Source of the DNA: Parcubacteria group bacterium
GTDB lineage: Bacteria; Patescibacteriota; Minisyncoccia; Phycocordibacterales; CALRBT01
DNA length: 64,000 bases
NCBI GenBank assembly: GCA_943354475.1
Contig: CALRBT010000002.1
Location: 16,361 to 80,360 of the forward strand
Direction: 5' to 3'
Shown one piece after another: positions 53,869 to 64,000 of this stretch. The notes beneath the pieces are model-generated. The model saw nothing but the letters and a program-made list of their open reading frames with translations. It did no database searches and was not told the DNA's origin. The position numbers and the translations under genes were made by a program. The first letter of the stretch is position 1. Every line of letters starts with the position of its first letter.

Positions 53869-54600
53869 TTAACCAAATCGTTCTGTTTTGATACTTTTTG
53901 GATTAAATCCAGCCGCAACTAAGATGCCTGAAAGTGTTTCAACAAAGGAGTTTGATCCACAGACATAAAATAATGGCCTCTTATCGTGGAGTTCACCGAA
54001 AAGTTCATTGATCATCACCTCGTCTGCTCTTCTTGCATACCCTGTCCAACCGATTGGCGCTTCCTCAGTGAGGGTAAGTGCTAAGTGGAAATTCACGTCA
54101 TCCCTTGAAAATTTCTCAAGTTCATCTTTGTAAAGTACGTGCCCAATTGTCTTGGCGCTAATCAAGAAAAAGACCTCTCTCTCAGAGTCATCTGATAAGT
54201 GAAGTTTGTGGTGACGCACCATACTCATGAGTGGAACAACCCCCGAACCACCACCAATAAGTACGAGAGGTCCTGGGGTTGCTATGTCCCAAAGGAAGTG
54301 TCCACCAAGGGGTCCTCGCACCTCAATTTGGGCCCCTGGTTCGAGTGCGAAAAGATACGGGGAAACTTCACCCTCTTCAAGCAATTCAATGCCAAGCTCG
54401 ATTCTACCTTCCTCCTCTATGGTGCTAGCAACCGAATAACTCCGCTCTGCTTGATAACCATTAGCTGCAGTCAATCTAATATCAATATACTGCCCTGGAG
54501 TGTGTCCTGGCCACCAAGGTGCATCAAACACTAATGCCATTACGTTAGTGCCAATCATCTTTGATTCAAGTAATGTAACCAAATTCCATTTATTCTTCAT
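53869..54600 (-). CDS. ferredoxin-NADP reductase-like FAD/NAD(P)-binding oxidoreductase
   Basis: RSYSVAS (FAD RxYS motif), GGGSGVVPLMSM (NAD(P) binding), partner of the adjacent Mo-enzyme. Confidence 0.75.
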   Translation of the reverse strand: MKNKWNLVTLLESKMIGTNVMALVFDAPWWPGHTPGQYIDIRLTAANGYQAERSYSVASTIEEEGRIELGIELLEEGEVSPYLFALEPGAQIEVRGPLGGHFLWDIATPGPLVLIGGGSGVVPLMSMVRHHKLHLSDDSEREVFFLISAKTIGHVLYKDELEKFSRDDVNFHLALTLTEEAPIGWTGYARRADEVMINELFGELHDKRPLFYVCGSNSFVETLSGILVAAGFNPKSIKTERFG

Positions 54601-54635
54601 AGAGATTGTTTAGAAAACTTTTAAAATTAAGAATT

Positions 54636-55235
54636 TTAGTCGTCTAAGTAGCGCTGCTCTTTCCAGGGGTCACCATAGTTATGGTAACCTCGCACTTCCC
54701 AAAATCCAGGAATGTCACCGTTTACGAATTCTAGTTTTGAAAGCCATTTGGCACTCTTCCAAAAATAAAGATGGGGTACAAAGAGTCTTGCGGGGCCTCC
54801 ATGAGGAGTAGAGATCGGCTCCTTCTCAAAGGAGGTCGCAATCATCGCCTTTCCACCCCGAACATCCTCAATTGGAAGGTTGGTGGAGTATCCATCATAA
54901 CTATGAGCAATGAGGTGGGTGGCGCTCTCTGAAACAATAACCTGTTCAATAAGAAAGTCCATTGAAACACCGCCCCAGAGGGTGTCTAACTTTGACCACT
55001 TCGTGACACAATGGATATCAGTTTTCATTTCTACCCGTGGAAGTCTTTCGAACTCTGTCCAGGTAAAAACCTGTGGCGCCTCCACGAGTCCGGCAATCTC
55101 TAGCTTCCAATCATTAATAGAGATATCTGGAGTTGGACCGAGGGAGAGTACCGGGAAATCATTTACCACGTATTGACCGGGAGGAACTTTTGGATTGACT
55201 TGTCGTTTTGGTATGAATCCATCATTGATAATCAT
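54636..55235 (-). CDS. molybdopterin-dependent oxidoreductase (sulfite-oxidase fold, YedY/MsrP-like catalytic subunit)
   Basis: HCVTKWSKLD...WGGVSM (Mo-cofactor Cys motif region), HNYGDPW. Confidence 0.75.
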   Translation of the reverse strand: MIINDGFIPKRQVNPKVPPGQYVVNDFPVLSLGPTPDISINDWKLEIAGLVEAPQVFTWTEFERLPRVEMKTDIHCVTKWSKLDTLWGGVSMDFLIEQVIVSESATHLIAHSYDGYSTNLPIEDVRGGKAMIATSFEKEPISTPHGGPARLFVPHLYFWKSAKWLSKLEFVNGDIPGFWEVRGYHNYGDPWKEQRYLDD

Positions 55236-55251
55236 ATTTCTAAATTAGAAA

Positions 55252-55773
55252 TTATTGGAGATATAACTTGAATGCAATTGGCAATCGGACCTCCTTGTCA
55301 TTTTTTGGATCCCCTGATGGATTATCTTTCTTAAAGACGATATACCCATCCTCTGCGTCTGTTTTCTTGAATGTTACTTTTGCTTCAAATGGAACCAGCT
55401 CGTTCGTCATCCAGTCACCCTTTGCTTGAGCAACCCCTTGACCTAATATATTTCCAAGACTATCTTCGATCTCAATTGGAAACGATCCTTCAAAATACCA
55501 TGATCCTGGGATTTGGCCTTTAATCGTAACTGGACTGGTTATAAATGCGTCCTCTCCTAGTGTGTCGAGAACAAGTGGTGAAATGTCTACTAAGACCTGG
55601 AACGTAGTTGTTGCTGTAATGTCTGTTGATGGTGTGTACGCGGTATCAACAAGATTCTCTTGAGTATTCCCTACGAAGAGCTGGTTACGTAAACTTTTTG
55701 ATGCAACAAGAGCAATACTTGCCAAAAAAAGAATACTGATAAAAAGTATGATGAGGAATGATTTTTTAGACAT
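55252..55773 (-). CDS. hypothetical secreted/anchored protein
   Basis: N-terminal TM/signal; no motif. Confidence 0.45.
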   Translation of the reverse strand: MSKKSFLIILFISILFLASIALVASKSLRNQLFVGNTQENLVDTAYTPSTDITATTTFQVLVDISPLVLDTLGEDAFITSPVTIKGQIPGSWYFEGSFPIEIEDSLGNILGQGVAQAKGDWMTNELVPFEAKVTFKKTDAEDGYIVFKKDNPSGDPKNDKEVRLPIAFKLYLQ

Positions 55774-55787
55774 AATCTTTAGGCTAG

Positions 55788-56231
55788 TTATTGTTTTTTA
55801 AAAACATGTAGAGTGTTAATAAAGTAAGAGAGTGAACCAACAAGTATTGCGACCAACCCACGGATAAACAAGAGCATCAGCTTGGTATCTGGGTGAAAGT
55901 ATTTAACAAAAAAACGAAAGAGGCCGATAGTGAGAAAAAAGGCTAATACGTTAACAATAAAAAAGTTTATATATCTACTCGTACTACTCCCATAAAACGG
56001 GCCCGTATAGACCCAGGCGTGAACAAAAAGGTAATGAACGAGCAATCCAACAGCAAAAGCCGCAGTAATTGCTAACTTAATATTAACCTCAAGAAATTCA
56101 ATCAAGAGGTAGAAGAGTACTAGGTCAATTACCGTCGCCAAAATACCGAAAAAGCTATATCTCATGAAATGAGCCTTCTGTGGATGTTTAACACTTACTG
56201 CGTCTATGTACTTATTGAGATATAAAAACAT
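55788..56231 (-). CDS. GtrA-like family membrane protein
   Basis: 4 TM layout, FMRYSFFGILATVIDLVLFYLLIE...FVHAWVY resembles GtrA N-terminal signature. Confidence 0.5.
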   Translation of the reverse strand: MFLYLNKYIDAVSVKHPQKAHFMRYSFFGILATVIDLVLFYLLIEFLEVNIKLAITAAFAVGLLVHYLFVHAWVYTGPFYGSSTSRYINFFIVNVLAFFLTIGLFRFFVKYFHPDTKLMLLFIRGLVAILVGSLSYFINTLHVFKKQ

Positions 56232-56262
56232 TTCAGATAAATCACCTCAAAAACCCTATGGC

Positions 56263-56649
56263 TTATGATTTTTTTGAGGCAGCTTTTTTGGTCGGTTGCT
56301 TAACTATCCCCACTTTAATTTCTTTCTTGAGATTTTTCCAGTGACCTTTCAGCTCTCGCTTAAGACCTTCAACGTCAGTGAGATCAATCGTTTTAATCTT
56401 TTTGTATTTCTCAGAAACTTTATCAACGAGCGTATTGTAAGTACTCTCATCAATCGACTTTAATTTCTCAATACCTTCAAGTACTTCTCCCTTCGCCTTT
56501 AGTGCCCAACCTTTTACTTTCTTTCGATTTTTTGCAGCATCCTTACTTCCATAGAGAAAATAAGTTCCCGCCGTTGCAGCAATAGCTACTAATCCAAGGC
56601 CCGCCATAACACCACCTCCGTTACTATTTTTTGTTTCTTTTTTTGGCAT
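56263..56649 (-). CDS. hypothetical Lys-rich protein with N-terminal TM
   Basis: ORF only. Confidence 0.4.
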   Translation of the reverse strand: MPKKETKNSNGGGVMAGLGLVAIAATAGTYFLYGSKDAAKNRKKVKGWALKAKGEVLEGIEKLKSIDESTYNTLVDKVSEKYKKIKTIDLTDVEGLKRELKGHWKNLKKEIKVGIVKQPTKKAASKKS

Positions 56650-56674
56650 GATTGTATATTAAAATTAGTATTAA

Positions 56675-56980
56675 TTATTCGTCACTCTTTTCACTTTTAT
56701 GCTTCCCCTTTCGTCCTTTGCGGTGAACGAGTGAGAAAAGTCCAAAAAGTGAAGCGATTGTGTGACTTTTTTCTTTAACAAAATGCCTCACCGAAGTCAC
56801 ATCATCGAGCACGGCCATACCCTCCTCTTTTGCGCGTTTTGAGAAATCCTTGAGATTACGCAGAATGATAATGAGGTAAACGAGGGCGATGAGTGCCGCG
56901 AGTGAAAGGATCACGATAGCAATCGTTGTAACAAAGAAAAATATATCCGCATGAACCAGCTGTTCCATGTGGTTAATCAT
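56675..56980 (-). CDS. hypothetical small membrane protein
   Basis: ORF, one TM. Confidence 0.4.
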   Translation of the reverse strand: MINHMEQLVHADIFFFVTTIAIVILSLAALIALVYLIIILRNLKDFSKRAKEEGMAVLDDVTSVRHFVKEKSHTIASLFGLFSLVHRKGRKGKHKSEKSDE

Positions 56981-57004
56981 ACCACAAGGCTAGGTTTTAG
57001 GTTA

Positions 57005-57103
57005 TAGGGTTTAGGCTATTAGGGGCGCGGGCCGTAGGCCTGCACCTCTAATCTTGGTTGAAACCAATACCCCATAACCTAACCTCTACAAGCTAGTTCG
57101 TGC
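57005..57103. repeat. motif family 3 palindromic element (TAGGTTTTAGGTTATAGGGTTTAGG ... GGGCCGTAGGCC ... CCATAACCTAACC)
   Basis: shares GGTTATAGGG(GA)T(AGG)TTTAGG with 57800 and 23685. Confidence 0.5.
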
Positions 57104-57115
57104 TAGTATGCTCTT

Positions 57116-57814
57116 ATGCGAATACAGAAATATCTATCTGAACAAGGAATTGCCTCTCGTAGAGAGGCTGAAACCCTTATGCAGGGGGGCTTAATCAGCG
57201 TTAATGGCCAGATCGTCAAAGACCTTGGTCGTCAAATCGATCCCTTAGTCGATAAAGTTACCCTCTCTCCTGCTGCCCAAAAAACCACACTTCAAAAGCA
57301 AAGCGTGTTGATTTACAAACCTCGAGGAACTGTCTCCAGCAACTTACGAAACGAAGGTAAAACGATTGCCGAAGCTTTCCCAAATTACAAACACCTCTTT
57401 CCAATCGGAAGGCTCGATAAGGCAAGTGAGGGTCTCCTCATTCTTTCAAATGACGGGACCCTAGCAAAGGTACTCACCAGTGGACATCTTATTGAAAAAG
57501 AGTACATCGTCACTGTTCAGGAAGAGCTTACTCCACACCACATTAAACTCTTTAAACAGGGTCTTAACCTCTCTGATGGTAAGACACTACCCGCTAAATC
57601 AGAGCTAATCAATGCACACACGTATTCAATCACCCTCAAAGAAGGGAGAAATCACCAGATTAGACGTATGGCTGAGGAGCTACGCCTAACGGTTACTAAT
57701 CTAAAACGAATACGAATCGGAAACGTACGGATTGCCAGAATGAAACCTGGAGAATCAAGAGCTCTGAAGCCTTCGGAGATACAAGAACTCAAAGTTCTAG
57801 GTGGTAGGTTATAG
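57116..57814 (+). CDS. rRNA pseudouridine synthase (RsuA/RluB family, S4 + PseudoU_synth_2)
   Basis: MRIQKYLSEQGIASRREAE (S4), GRLDKASEGLLILSNDG catalytic Asp motif. Confidence 0.85.
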   Translation: MRIQKYLSEQGIASRREAETLMQGGLISVNGQIVKDLGRQIDPLVDKVTLSPAAQKTTLQKQSVLIYKPRGTVSSNLRNEGKTIAEAFPNYKHLFPIGRLDKASEGLLILSNDGTLAKVLTSGHLIEKEYIVTVQEELTPHHIKLFKQGLNLSDGKTLPAKSELINAHTYSITLKEGRNHQIRRMAEELRLTVTNLKRIRIGNVRIARMKPGESRALKPSEIQELKVLGGRL

Positions 57815-57895
57815 GGGATAGGTTTTAGGTTTAAACCAAGAACATCCCGAAAGCGAAGCTTGCGGGATGTTCCCTATCACCTATCACCTAAAAGC
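57800..57895. repeat. motif family 3 element + terminator-core repeat (GGTTATAGGGGATAGGTTTTAGGTTTAAACC ... CCCGAAAGCGAAGCTTGCGGG ... CCTATCACCTATCACC)
   Basis: read directly from the sequence; hairpin core nearly identical to 39473-39493. Confidence 0.55.
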
Positions 57896-57901
57896 TAAAT
57901 C

Positions 57902-59743
57902 CTAATTTCTCTTAGCTTTTACTCGATCATTTTCAGTTAAATACTGCTTTCGGAGACGCACACTCTTCGGTGTTACTTCGAGATATTCATCTTCCGCCAT
58001 CGTCTCAAGTCCTCGCTCGATGGAGAGTGTGATTGGTGGGACAAGGTCAATGTTCTCATCTGATCCTGAAGCGCGCATGTTGGTAAGTTGTTTACCTTTA
58101 GTAGGGTTTACCATCATTTCCTCACCCTTTGATGTGTTTCCAATAACCATTCCCTCATACACCTCAACGGTTGGCCCAATATAGAGAACCCCTCGATCCT
58201 GGAGATTGTAGAGTGAAAAACCGAGTGCCTTACCAGCTGCCATTGAAATCATCGAGCCTACCTGTCGTTTCTTGATCTCACCTGCATATTTCATAAACCC
58301 AATAAATCGTGAGGAGAGAATTCCTTGACCCTTGGTATCGATCACAAACTGACCTCGGTATCCCAAAAGTCCGCGAGTTGGACCCTCCATGGTTAGACGC
58401 ACTGACATCTCGTGCTGTTTCAAATCCTTCAAGATAAAACTGCGCTGCCCTAATTTTTCAATTACAGCTCCCTGAAACTCAGATGGAATATCGATAATCA
58501 CCTCTTCAAACGGCTCGCTTCTTACTCCTTCAATATCCTTAATAATTACCTGAGGTTGAGAAACCTGGAGCTCATACCCTTCTCGTCGCATGTTTTCAAG
58601 CAAAATAGAGATGTGAAGCTCTCCGCGTCCGTATACTTTGAAAAAATCATTTGCCCCAAAATCAACTTTGAGTCCAACGTTAATTTCAAGTTCCTTCTCA
58701 AGTCGCTCTCTGATCTGACGTGAAGTAACAAACTTACCTTCTCGTCCGGCAAAGGGAGAGTTGTTAACCAAAAAGTTAAGTGCGATCGTTGGTTCGTCCA
58801 CGGCAATAGCGGGAAGTGCGACAGCATCGTTGCTATCAGCAATCGTTTCTCCGATATAAATATCAGGAAGTCCTGCAATAATAACAATGTCTCCGGCAAA
58901 AGCCTCCGTCACCTCTTTTCTATTTAGTCCCTCAAAGGTAAATAGCTTGGTAACCTTTCCTGTTCGCTTTTCTCCATCTGGTTTGATAATAACCAAGTTT
59001 TGTCCTGTTTTTATACTTCCCTCATAAACACGGGCAATGGCAAGACGTCCCATGAAATTGTCGTAACCGAGATTAAATGGCTGGGCACGTAGTGGAAGGG
59101 TTGAATCGCTCTGTGCAGGAGGAACGTGGGCAAGGACAGTCTCAAGTAGTGGACTGAGATCCTTTGAATCATCCGTTAGCTTATTCTTGGCGATTCCCTC
59201 TCTTCCAATAGCATAGACCACGGGAAATTCACTCTGGATATCATTAGCCCCTAGCTCCCAGAAGAGTTCGAGTACCTGTTCTTCACAACGAGCAGGATCA
59301 GCTGCAGGCTTATCGATTTTGTTGATAATAACAATTGGTCGTAGTCCAAGTTCAAGAGACTTCTTGAGCACAAAACGTGTCTGAGGCATGGGGCCTTCCT
59401 GGGCGTCCACAACAAGGAGAACGCAGTCAATTGACCTTAAAACCCGCTCAACCTCTGAACCAAAGTCGGCATGTCCTGGTGTATCAACGATATTTATCTT
59501 GGTATCTTTATAGAAAATAGAAGTGTTTTTGGCGTAAATAGTGATGCCGCGCTCTTTTTCAAGTGCGTTTGAATCCATAGAGACTCCCTCCTCGCCAAAA
59601 CCGCTCTGCTTCATCAGGGCGTCGGTTAGGGTCGTTTTGCCATGGTCCACGTGGGCAATAATGGCGATATTTCTGATTTCTTTTGTAGGTTCCATTTGTT
59701 TTTGAATTAAAAGGCCCGCACGTGCGGGAAGTAACCATATCAT
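57902..59743 (-). CDS. typA: ribosome-associated GTPase TypA/BipA
   Basis: [20 protein letters not shown]1, DTPGHADF, BipA C-terminal domain. Confidence 0.95.
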   Translation of the reverse strand: MIWLLPARAGLLIQKQMEPTKEIRNIAIIAHVDHGKTTLTDALMKQSGFGEEGVSMDSNALEKERGITIYAKNTSIFYKDTKINIVDTPGHADFGSEVERVLRSIDCVLLVVDAQEGPMPQTRFVLKKSLELGLRPIVIINKIDKPAADPARCEEQVLELFWELGANDIQSEFPVVYAIGREGIAKNKLTDDSKDLSPLLETVLAHVPPAQSDSTLPLRAQPFNLGYDNFMGRLAIARVYEGSIKTGQNLVIIKPDGEKRTGKVTKLFTFEGLNRKEVTEAFAGDIVIIAGLPDIYIGETIADSNDAVALPAIAVDEPTIALNFLVNNSPFAGREGKFVTSRQIRERLEKELEINVGLKVDFGANDFFKVYGRGELHISILLENMRREGYELQVSQPQVIIKDIEGVRSEPFEEVIIDIPSEFQGAVIEKLGQRSFILKDLKQHEMSVRLTMEGPTRGLLGYRGQFVIDTKGQGILSSRFIGFMKYAGEIKKRQVGSMISMAAGKALGFSLYNLQDRGVLYIGPTVEVYEGMVIGNTSKGEEMMVNPTKGKQLTNMRASGSDENIDLVPPITLSIERGLETMAEDEYLEVTPKSVRLRKQYLTENDRVKAKRN

Positions 59744-59911
59744 ACCATAGATTTAAAAAAGTGAAAGTATGGCCCAACTTAAGCCTTCACGCGATAATTT
59801 AAGGCAAATTTTAAGTATTGACGAATAAAGAATTTTGATGGAACTCAACCTTCTAAACACAAAACAACCCCGAACGAACGAGATTGTTTTGTGTTTAGAA
59901 ACTAAAACTAA

Positions 59912-60313
59912 CTAGCAAGAAGTTCCGGAAGGAGCTGCTGTCTTCATAGTTGAAGTTCCAGTCCAGTCAACACACCAGTAACCACCTGCACCCTTCAAGC
60001 CTGCAGAGGCTCGCCAGACACTTACTCCATCAGCGCAAGTAACCGCGGAAGCCGCCTGAGGACTAATTCCACCAAACATGGTTGTATTAGCACTTGCACA
60101 GAAGCCTGCGTAAGAGTTTGTGTTTGAATCATAGTAAAGTTCTGCTTGAACCCTTACCTGAGCCAAACCTGATTTCACTGATGCATCAGCCCCCTTGTTA
60201 CGAGCGGTATTAAGTGACGCAAGTACCACCGATGAAAGGATACCGATAATCGCGATAACGACAAGAAGTTCGATAAGTGTAAAACCTTGTGTTTTTGTTT
60301 TCATTGTAAACAT
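59912..60313 (-). CDS. type IV pilin (prepilin N-terminal methylation domain)
   Basis: KTQGFTLIELLVVIAIIGILSSVVLASL class III signal peptide; 133 aa. Confidence 0.85.
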   Translation of the reverse strand: MFTMKTKTQGFTLIELLVVIAIIGILSSVVLASLNTARNKGADASVKSGLAQVRVQAELYYDSNTNSYAGFCASANTTMFGGISPQAASAVTCADGVSVWRASAGLKGAGGYWCVDWTGTSTMKTAAPSGTSC

Positions 60314-60480
60314 GAAATTAATAATATTTGATTAAACGATAAAGTTAAATGTACAATTTTTTCGATTTCCTGTTCTTCTTGATTTTCGACCGACTCGTCG
60401 TACGTCGTACGAGAAGCTCATTTATTTATAATGTACAGTAGTATTATAACGTACCTAAGTTTCTACACAAAGCCACCTGT

Positions 60481-60629
60481 GGATAAGGGAGCGAAGCGAA
60501 CACTTATACTTTAGTGCAAGGGGACGTAAAAACTCGAAGGAGTTTTTACGGGACACTTATACCCCGTGGGTATAAGGGAGCTTATGCGAAGTATAAGCGA
60601 ACACTTATCCTCTTGAGGATAAGGAGTGT
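60481..60629. repeat. cluster of motif family 2 palindromes upstream of the pilin gene (GGATAAGGGAGCG-AA-GCGAACACTTATAC; CACTTATACCCC-GTGG-GTATAAGGGAGC; GCGAACACTTATCCTC-TTG-AGGATAAGGAG)
   Basis: read directly from the sequence. Confidence 0.6.
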
Positions 60630-60676
60630 GCCTCATGCCGTAAGTGAAGAGAGCGAAGTACTTCTTGTGCTCTACT

Positions 60677-61885
60677 TTAACTAATTCCCGAAGAAATATT
60701 GTAAATCGGAATCAAGACTGAAGTAAGGAGGACACCAACACCGAGTCCTAGCATGACAATCATTGCAGGCTCAATCAAATAAACGAGACTATCGACTGCA
60801 TTATTCACCTCACGGTTATAGAATTTTGCCAAAGTTTGAAGGATGTCAGAAACCTGACCTGACTCTTCCCCCACTTTTATCATTTGAATCATAATCGATG
60901 GAATTTGAGGGTACCGTCCCATTGCATCAGAGAGCGTGCTTCCTGTCCGTACCGCCTCTCCTGTTGCGGTTAGAATGTTTCGATAGACTACATTATCCAC
61001 CACCGAAGCTGTCGTTTCAATCACTTTGATCATTGGGATACCGCTCGAAAGCATTGTCCCGAAGTTATCAGCAATACGTCCGAGGTAAAGTTTTCGGAAG
61101 AGATCACCAACATAGGGTATAGTAATCTTAACCTCATCCATATAGAGCTTACCTCCCGGTGTCATGAAGAATCTGACAAGGAAAAATCCTAGAACCACCA
61201 TTGCACCAACAAAAAATAACCCGTAATTAACCAAAAAGTCACTGACTCCCATAACAACTTGTGTGTAAATAGGAATAGCTTGACCTGAATCCTTGATAAT
61301 TGCACCGAGTTTTGGAATAACCACAACAAGCATCAAGATCATCACCGCCATAAAAGTAAAGATAACAAAGGCTGGATAAATAAGTGCATTCTTAGCCTTG
61401 GATGAGACTGCGTAGGTTCTGTCGAGATAATCAGCCAGATATTGAAATGTCTGGTCGAGTTTTCCCGCTTCCTCACCTGAACGAATCATATTCACGTAAA
61501 ATTCAGAAAAAATGTCAGGATGTTTGGAGAGTGCTTTGGAAATAGAGCTTCCACCTTGGAGATCGTCAGCGACTTCAATGAGGCGTTTTCCTAAAACCTT
61601 ATTACCAGAGGCTTCTCCAAGTAATCTAAAAATTCGGAGTGCTGAAATCTGGGCTTGGAAGAGTGTTGCCATCTGGCGAGAGAGAATCACCACATCCTTA
61701 TTTGAAACACCTGAAAAGATGTTGATATCAAATTTTGATGTCCAAGAAGCTCCTGCATCAGTAATAGAGGTAATGATGAATTCCCTTCTTTGCAATGCAT
61801 TTATTGCCACATCGACATTGAGCGCATCAATACTCCCCGACGTCTCCTTACCTGCTTGATCTAGTGCTCTATAGTTAAATAACAT
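60677..61885 (-). CDS. pilC: type IV pilus assembly platform protein PilC (GspF family)
   Basis: two T2SSF domains, 3 TM, 402 aa. Confidence 0.9.
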   Translation of the reverse strand: MLFNYRALDQAGKETSGSIDALNVDVAINALQRREFIITSITDAGASWTSKFDINIFSGVSNKDVVILSRQMATLFQAQISALRIFRLLGEASGNKVLGKRLIEVADDLQGGSSISKALSKHPDIFSEFYVNMIRSGEEAGKLDQTFQYLADYLDRTYAVSSKAKNALIYPAFVIFTFMAVMILMLVVVIPKLGAIIKDSGQAIPIYTQVVMGVSDFLVNYGLFFVGAMVVLGFFLVRFFMTPGGKLYMDEVKITIPYVGDLFRKLYLGRIADNFGTMLSSGIPMIKVIETTASVVDNVVYRNILTATGEAVRTGSTLSDAMGRYPQIPSIMIQMIKVGEESGQVSDILQTLAKFYNREVNNAVDSLVYLIEPAMIVMLGLGVGVLLTSVLIPIYNISSGIS

Positions 61886-61889
61886 ACTA

Positions 61890-62954
61890 TTAAATTAGTT
61901 TCTCTAGAATTTTTGGGTTAAGAGAATGTAGATAGGCATTCTCCAAACTGATTTCACCTCTTCGAACCAAGTCAGCCAAGCAACGATTCATATCAATCAT
62001 TCCCGACTCCATTCCTGTTTCAATCACGGTATTAATCTCATGAGTTCGTCTTTCACGAATAAGACTTGAAACGGCACTGTTATTAATCAGAAGCTCATAG
62101 GCAGGGACCTGTCCTCCAGAGACTCTTGGAATCAAGCGCTGAGAGAAGATACCAGTAAGTGACGTTGAGAGTTGTACCCTAATCTGATCTTGCTGAGTCG
62201 AAGGAAACGAGTCAATAATACGGTCAATGGTTTGGGCGGCGTTGTTGGTGTGGAGGGTTGAGAACACCATATGTCCCGTTTCGGCCGCGGTCACTGCGGT
62301 TGAGATTGTCTCAGGGTCACGCATCTCACCAAGGAGAATAACATTAACATCTTCTCTAAAAACAGAGGTGAGCGCGGTCTTAAAGTCGGCAGTGTCTGTC
62401 CTGATCTCACGTTGATGAATTGTCGACTTCTTTTCCTCGTATTGGTATTCAATTGGATCCTCAATCGTTATGATACGTTCTGCCCGCTCAGTGTTGATTT
62501 TTTCTATCATCGCAGCCAGCGTTGTTGTTTTACCCTGACCGACAGGCCCTACCACAAGAAAGAAACCCTGGCGCTTTTGAGTAAATGATTCAATGATTGG
62601 AGGCAGGTTAAGCTCAGCAATACTTTTTATTTTTTTAGGGATCAGTCGTAGTGCAATACTTATGCCAGCTTGTTGAAAATAGCCATTTCCTCGAAAACGG
62701 ACTTTATCACCCAGCGCATAAGAAAAATCAACCTCTCGTTGTTTCAAAAATAATTCTTTGTTCTCTGGTGATACGAGTGCCCCAAGTAACCCCATCATAT
62801 CCTCTTTGGTAAGGATAGGCTTTTTTAATAACGGTATGAGTGTACCTGAAACACGAACTGTTGGATGTCTCCCTTCAGAAATATGGAGATCAGATGCTCC
62901 TTCGTTAGCAACAATCATCACCAAATCTTCTAGTTCTTTTTTGTAATCATTCAT
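61890..62954 (-). CDS. pilT: type IV pilus retraction ATPase PilT/PilU family
   Basis: GPVGQGKTTTLAAMI Walker A, Asp box, His box, 354 aa. Confidence 0.9.
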   Translation of the reverse strand: MNDYKKELEDLVMIVANEGASDLHISEGRHPTVRVSGTLIPLLKKPILTKEDMMGLLGALVSPENKELFLKQREVDFSYALGDKVRFRGNGYFQQAGISIALRLIPKKIKSIAELNLPPIIESFTQKRQGFFLVVGPVGQGKTTTLAAMIEKINTERAERIITIEDPIEYQYEEKKSTIHQREIRTDTADFKTALTSVFREDVNVILLGEMRDPETISTAVTAAETGHMVFSTLHTNNAAQTIDRIIDSFPSTQQDQIRVQLSTSLTGIFSQRLIPRVSGGQVPAYELLINNSAVSSLIRERRTHEINTVIETGMESGMIDMNRCLADLVRRGEISLENAYLHSLNPKILEKLI

Positions 62955-62959
62955 ATTTT

Positions 62960-63409
62960 TTAGCTAAGAATACGATTAGCGATTTTAACAACTTCTCTAA
63001 GTACTTCAGAAGGGATGGAGCTTGCTTTAACAATGTACCCATCAACCTTTAAGGCTGAAGCTCTGTCGATATCTGACTGTTGACCTTGATTTGAAAGGAT
63101 AATCACCACAGATTTTTTTGATAAATTTAACTTCTTAACTTGCTCCAATAGTTCAAGCCCATCCATTCCAGGCATCACTAAGTCAAACATGAAAATATCT
63201 GGCTCATAACCACCCTTAAGTTTTTCAAGAGCATCTTCGCCCCGCAGTGCTGTTGTCACTTGAAGCCCTCCCTCAGTAAACTTTACTGAATACATATCAA
63301 GGAGAAACTTATCGTCATCTACCATAAGCACTTTGTATTTTTTCTCTGGAGTAGACCCTCCCACGTTGCCGGTGGTAGCGTTTTCTTTTACTTCTTTTGT
63401 ATCATCCAT
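62960..63409 (-). CDS. CheY-like response regulator receiver domain protein (stand-alone)
   Basis: KVLMVDDDKFLLDMY...FDLVMPGMDGLELL receiver motifs. Confidence 0.8.
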   Translation of the reverse strand: MDDTKEVKENATTGNVGGSTPEKKYKVLMVDDDKFLLDMYSVKFTEGGLQVTTALRGEDALEKLKGGYEPDIFMFDLVMPGMDGLELLEQVKKLNLSKKSVVIILSNQGQQSDIDRASALKVDGYIVKASSIPSEVLREVVKIANRILS

Positions 63410-63473
63410 AGATTAAGTTGATTAGAAATAAAAGAAAATTCGTTACAAGCTTAAGTAAGTACTATTAAGTATA

Positions 63474-64000
63474 CTATAGTGTATTAATTTCTTCAAAAGG
63501 GATTTCCTTGTTAAAAGCTTTCAAGATACCGTCTTCTCGCATCGTCAACATTCCCTTGCTTCGTAACTGTTTGAAGATGCTTGGCTCACTGGCATCCTTA
63601 AGAATTGAGCTCTCAATCTCTTTATCCATTTTGAAAATTTCAAAGACACCCATACGACCACGGGTTCCGCTGACACATTCGTCTGTTGGTATTGCCTCGT
63701 ATACATTTTCGCCAATAATAACCTTCTTACGAAATTCATCCGGAAGGTCTTCGAACTGCTTTTCAAATCTAATTTTAAGTGCGCCTTCAACAGGCACTGC
63801 CTTGCCACCACCAGGACAAAGTACTTTTACGAGTCGTTGAGCAATCGTGAGGATAAGTGTTGGTGCAATCAAGTATGGCTCCACACCCATATCAACCAAA
63901 CGAGGGATTACTCCGACTGCAGAGTTAGTGTGGATAGTTGAGAGCACGAGGTGACCAGTAAGTGCCGCCTGGATAGCCAGCTCCGCGGTCTCTTTATCTC
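63474..64000 (-). CDS. pilB: type IV pilus assembly ATPase PilB/GspE, C-terminal part (gene continues beyond window end)
   Basis: [34 protein letters not shown] (GspE His-box region), CxxC zinc motif (CPGGG...). Confidence 0.85.
   Translation of the reverse strand, partial: DKETAELAIQAALTGHLVLSTIHTNSAVGVIPRLVDMGVEPYLIAPTLILTIAQRLVKVLCPGGGKAVPVEGALKIRFEKQFEDLPDEFRKKVIIGENVYEAIPTDECVSGTRGRMGVFEIFKMDKEIESSILKDASEPSIFKQLRSKGMLTMREDGILKAFNKEIPFEEINTL

Overview
This 64 kb window is an AT-rich, gene-dense bacterial chromosome segment. Roughly 75 CDS are supportable, plus 6 tRNAs, an RNase P RNA and many hairpin terminators. The gene content (C-terminally short ValRS, TsaD, a type IV pilus cluster pilB-RR-pilT-pilC plus pilins, a Lys-rich N-terminal extension on GroES, many small membrane or secreted hypotheticals) is reminiscent of small-genome CPR/Patescibacteria-like organisms. 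That is an inference, not something I can show from the sequence.

Recognisable core genes, in order: pth (partial), lepB, a divergent hisS-like gene, rpsU, ybeY, ftsA, ftsZ, trxB, tsaD, valS, prsW-like, hsp20, a GcrA-like regulator, lepA, murJ, rnpB, class II RNR (nrdJ-like), htpX, lemA, groES/groEL, rnj, typA, rluB/rsuA-like, and pilC/pilT/pilB (partial).

Non-coding content: tRNA-Val(GAC), tRNA-Glu(UUC), tRNA-Ser(CGA), tRNA-Phe(GAA), tRNA-Arg(CCU) and tRNA-Gly(CCC). RNase P RNA sits at 30083-30437 behind a textbook sigma70 promoter. A GC-rich structured intergenic block upstream of valS is a candidate ncRNA.

The stand-out region is a GC-richer island at about 41.8-46.7 kb.
- It holds a nucleoside 2-deoxyribosyltransferase-like gene and a gene with an RpoA alpha-CTD-like domain.
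- It also holds a ~1.9 kb periodic repeat array: 23-26 bp degenerate direct repeats separated by 31-37 bp spacers, with a 59 bp period.
- Five repeat subtypes occur in a fixed order, giving a ~290 bp higher-order unit.
- Adjacent repeats are partly complementary to each other.
- The array is split by a 508-537 aa IS110/IS1111-family (bridge-RNA recombinase family) DEDD transposase-like gene. Its first two RuvC-like acidic motifs appear substituted.

Other findings worth a second look:
- A 5-copy ~115 bp intergenic repeat family with inverted ends, a covarying internal hairpin and an embedded SD+ATG mini-ORF.
- All three minus-strand tRNAs are followed within 115-400 bp by a partial duplicate of their own 3' end, which looks like att-site or integration scars.
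- A 72 bp tandem duplication sits immediately 5' of tRNA-Glu.
- An ORF runs 38 nt into tRNA-Arg.
- Two further short palindromic motif families recur in intergenic regions.
- A GC-rich gene (2510-3271) encodes a secreted, Gly-rich, C-terminal-Phe protein that looks horizontally acquired.

No canonical CRISPR-cas, rRNA or prophage-sized element is present.
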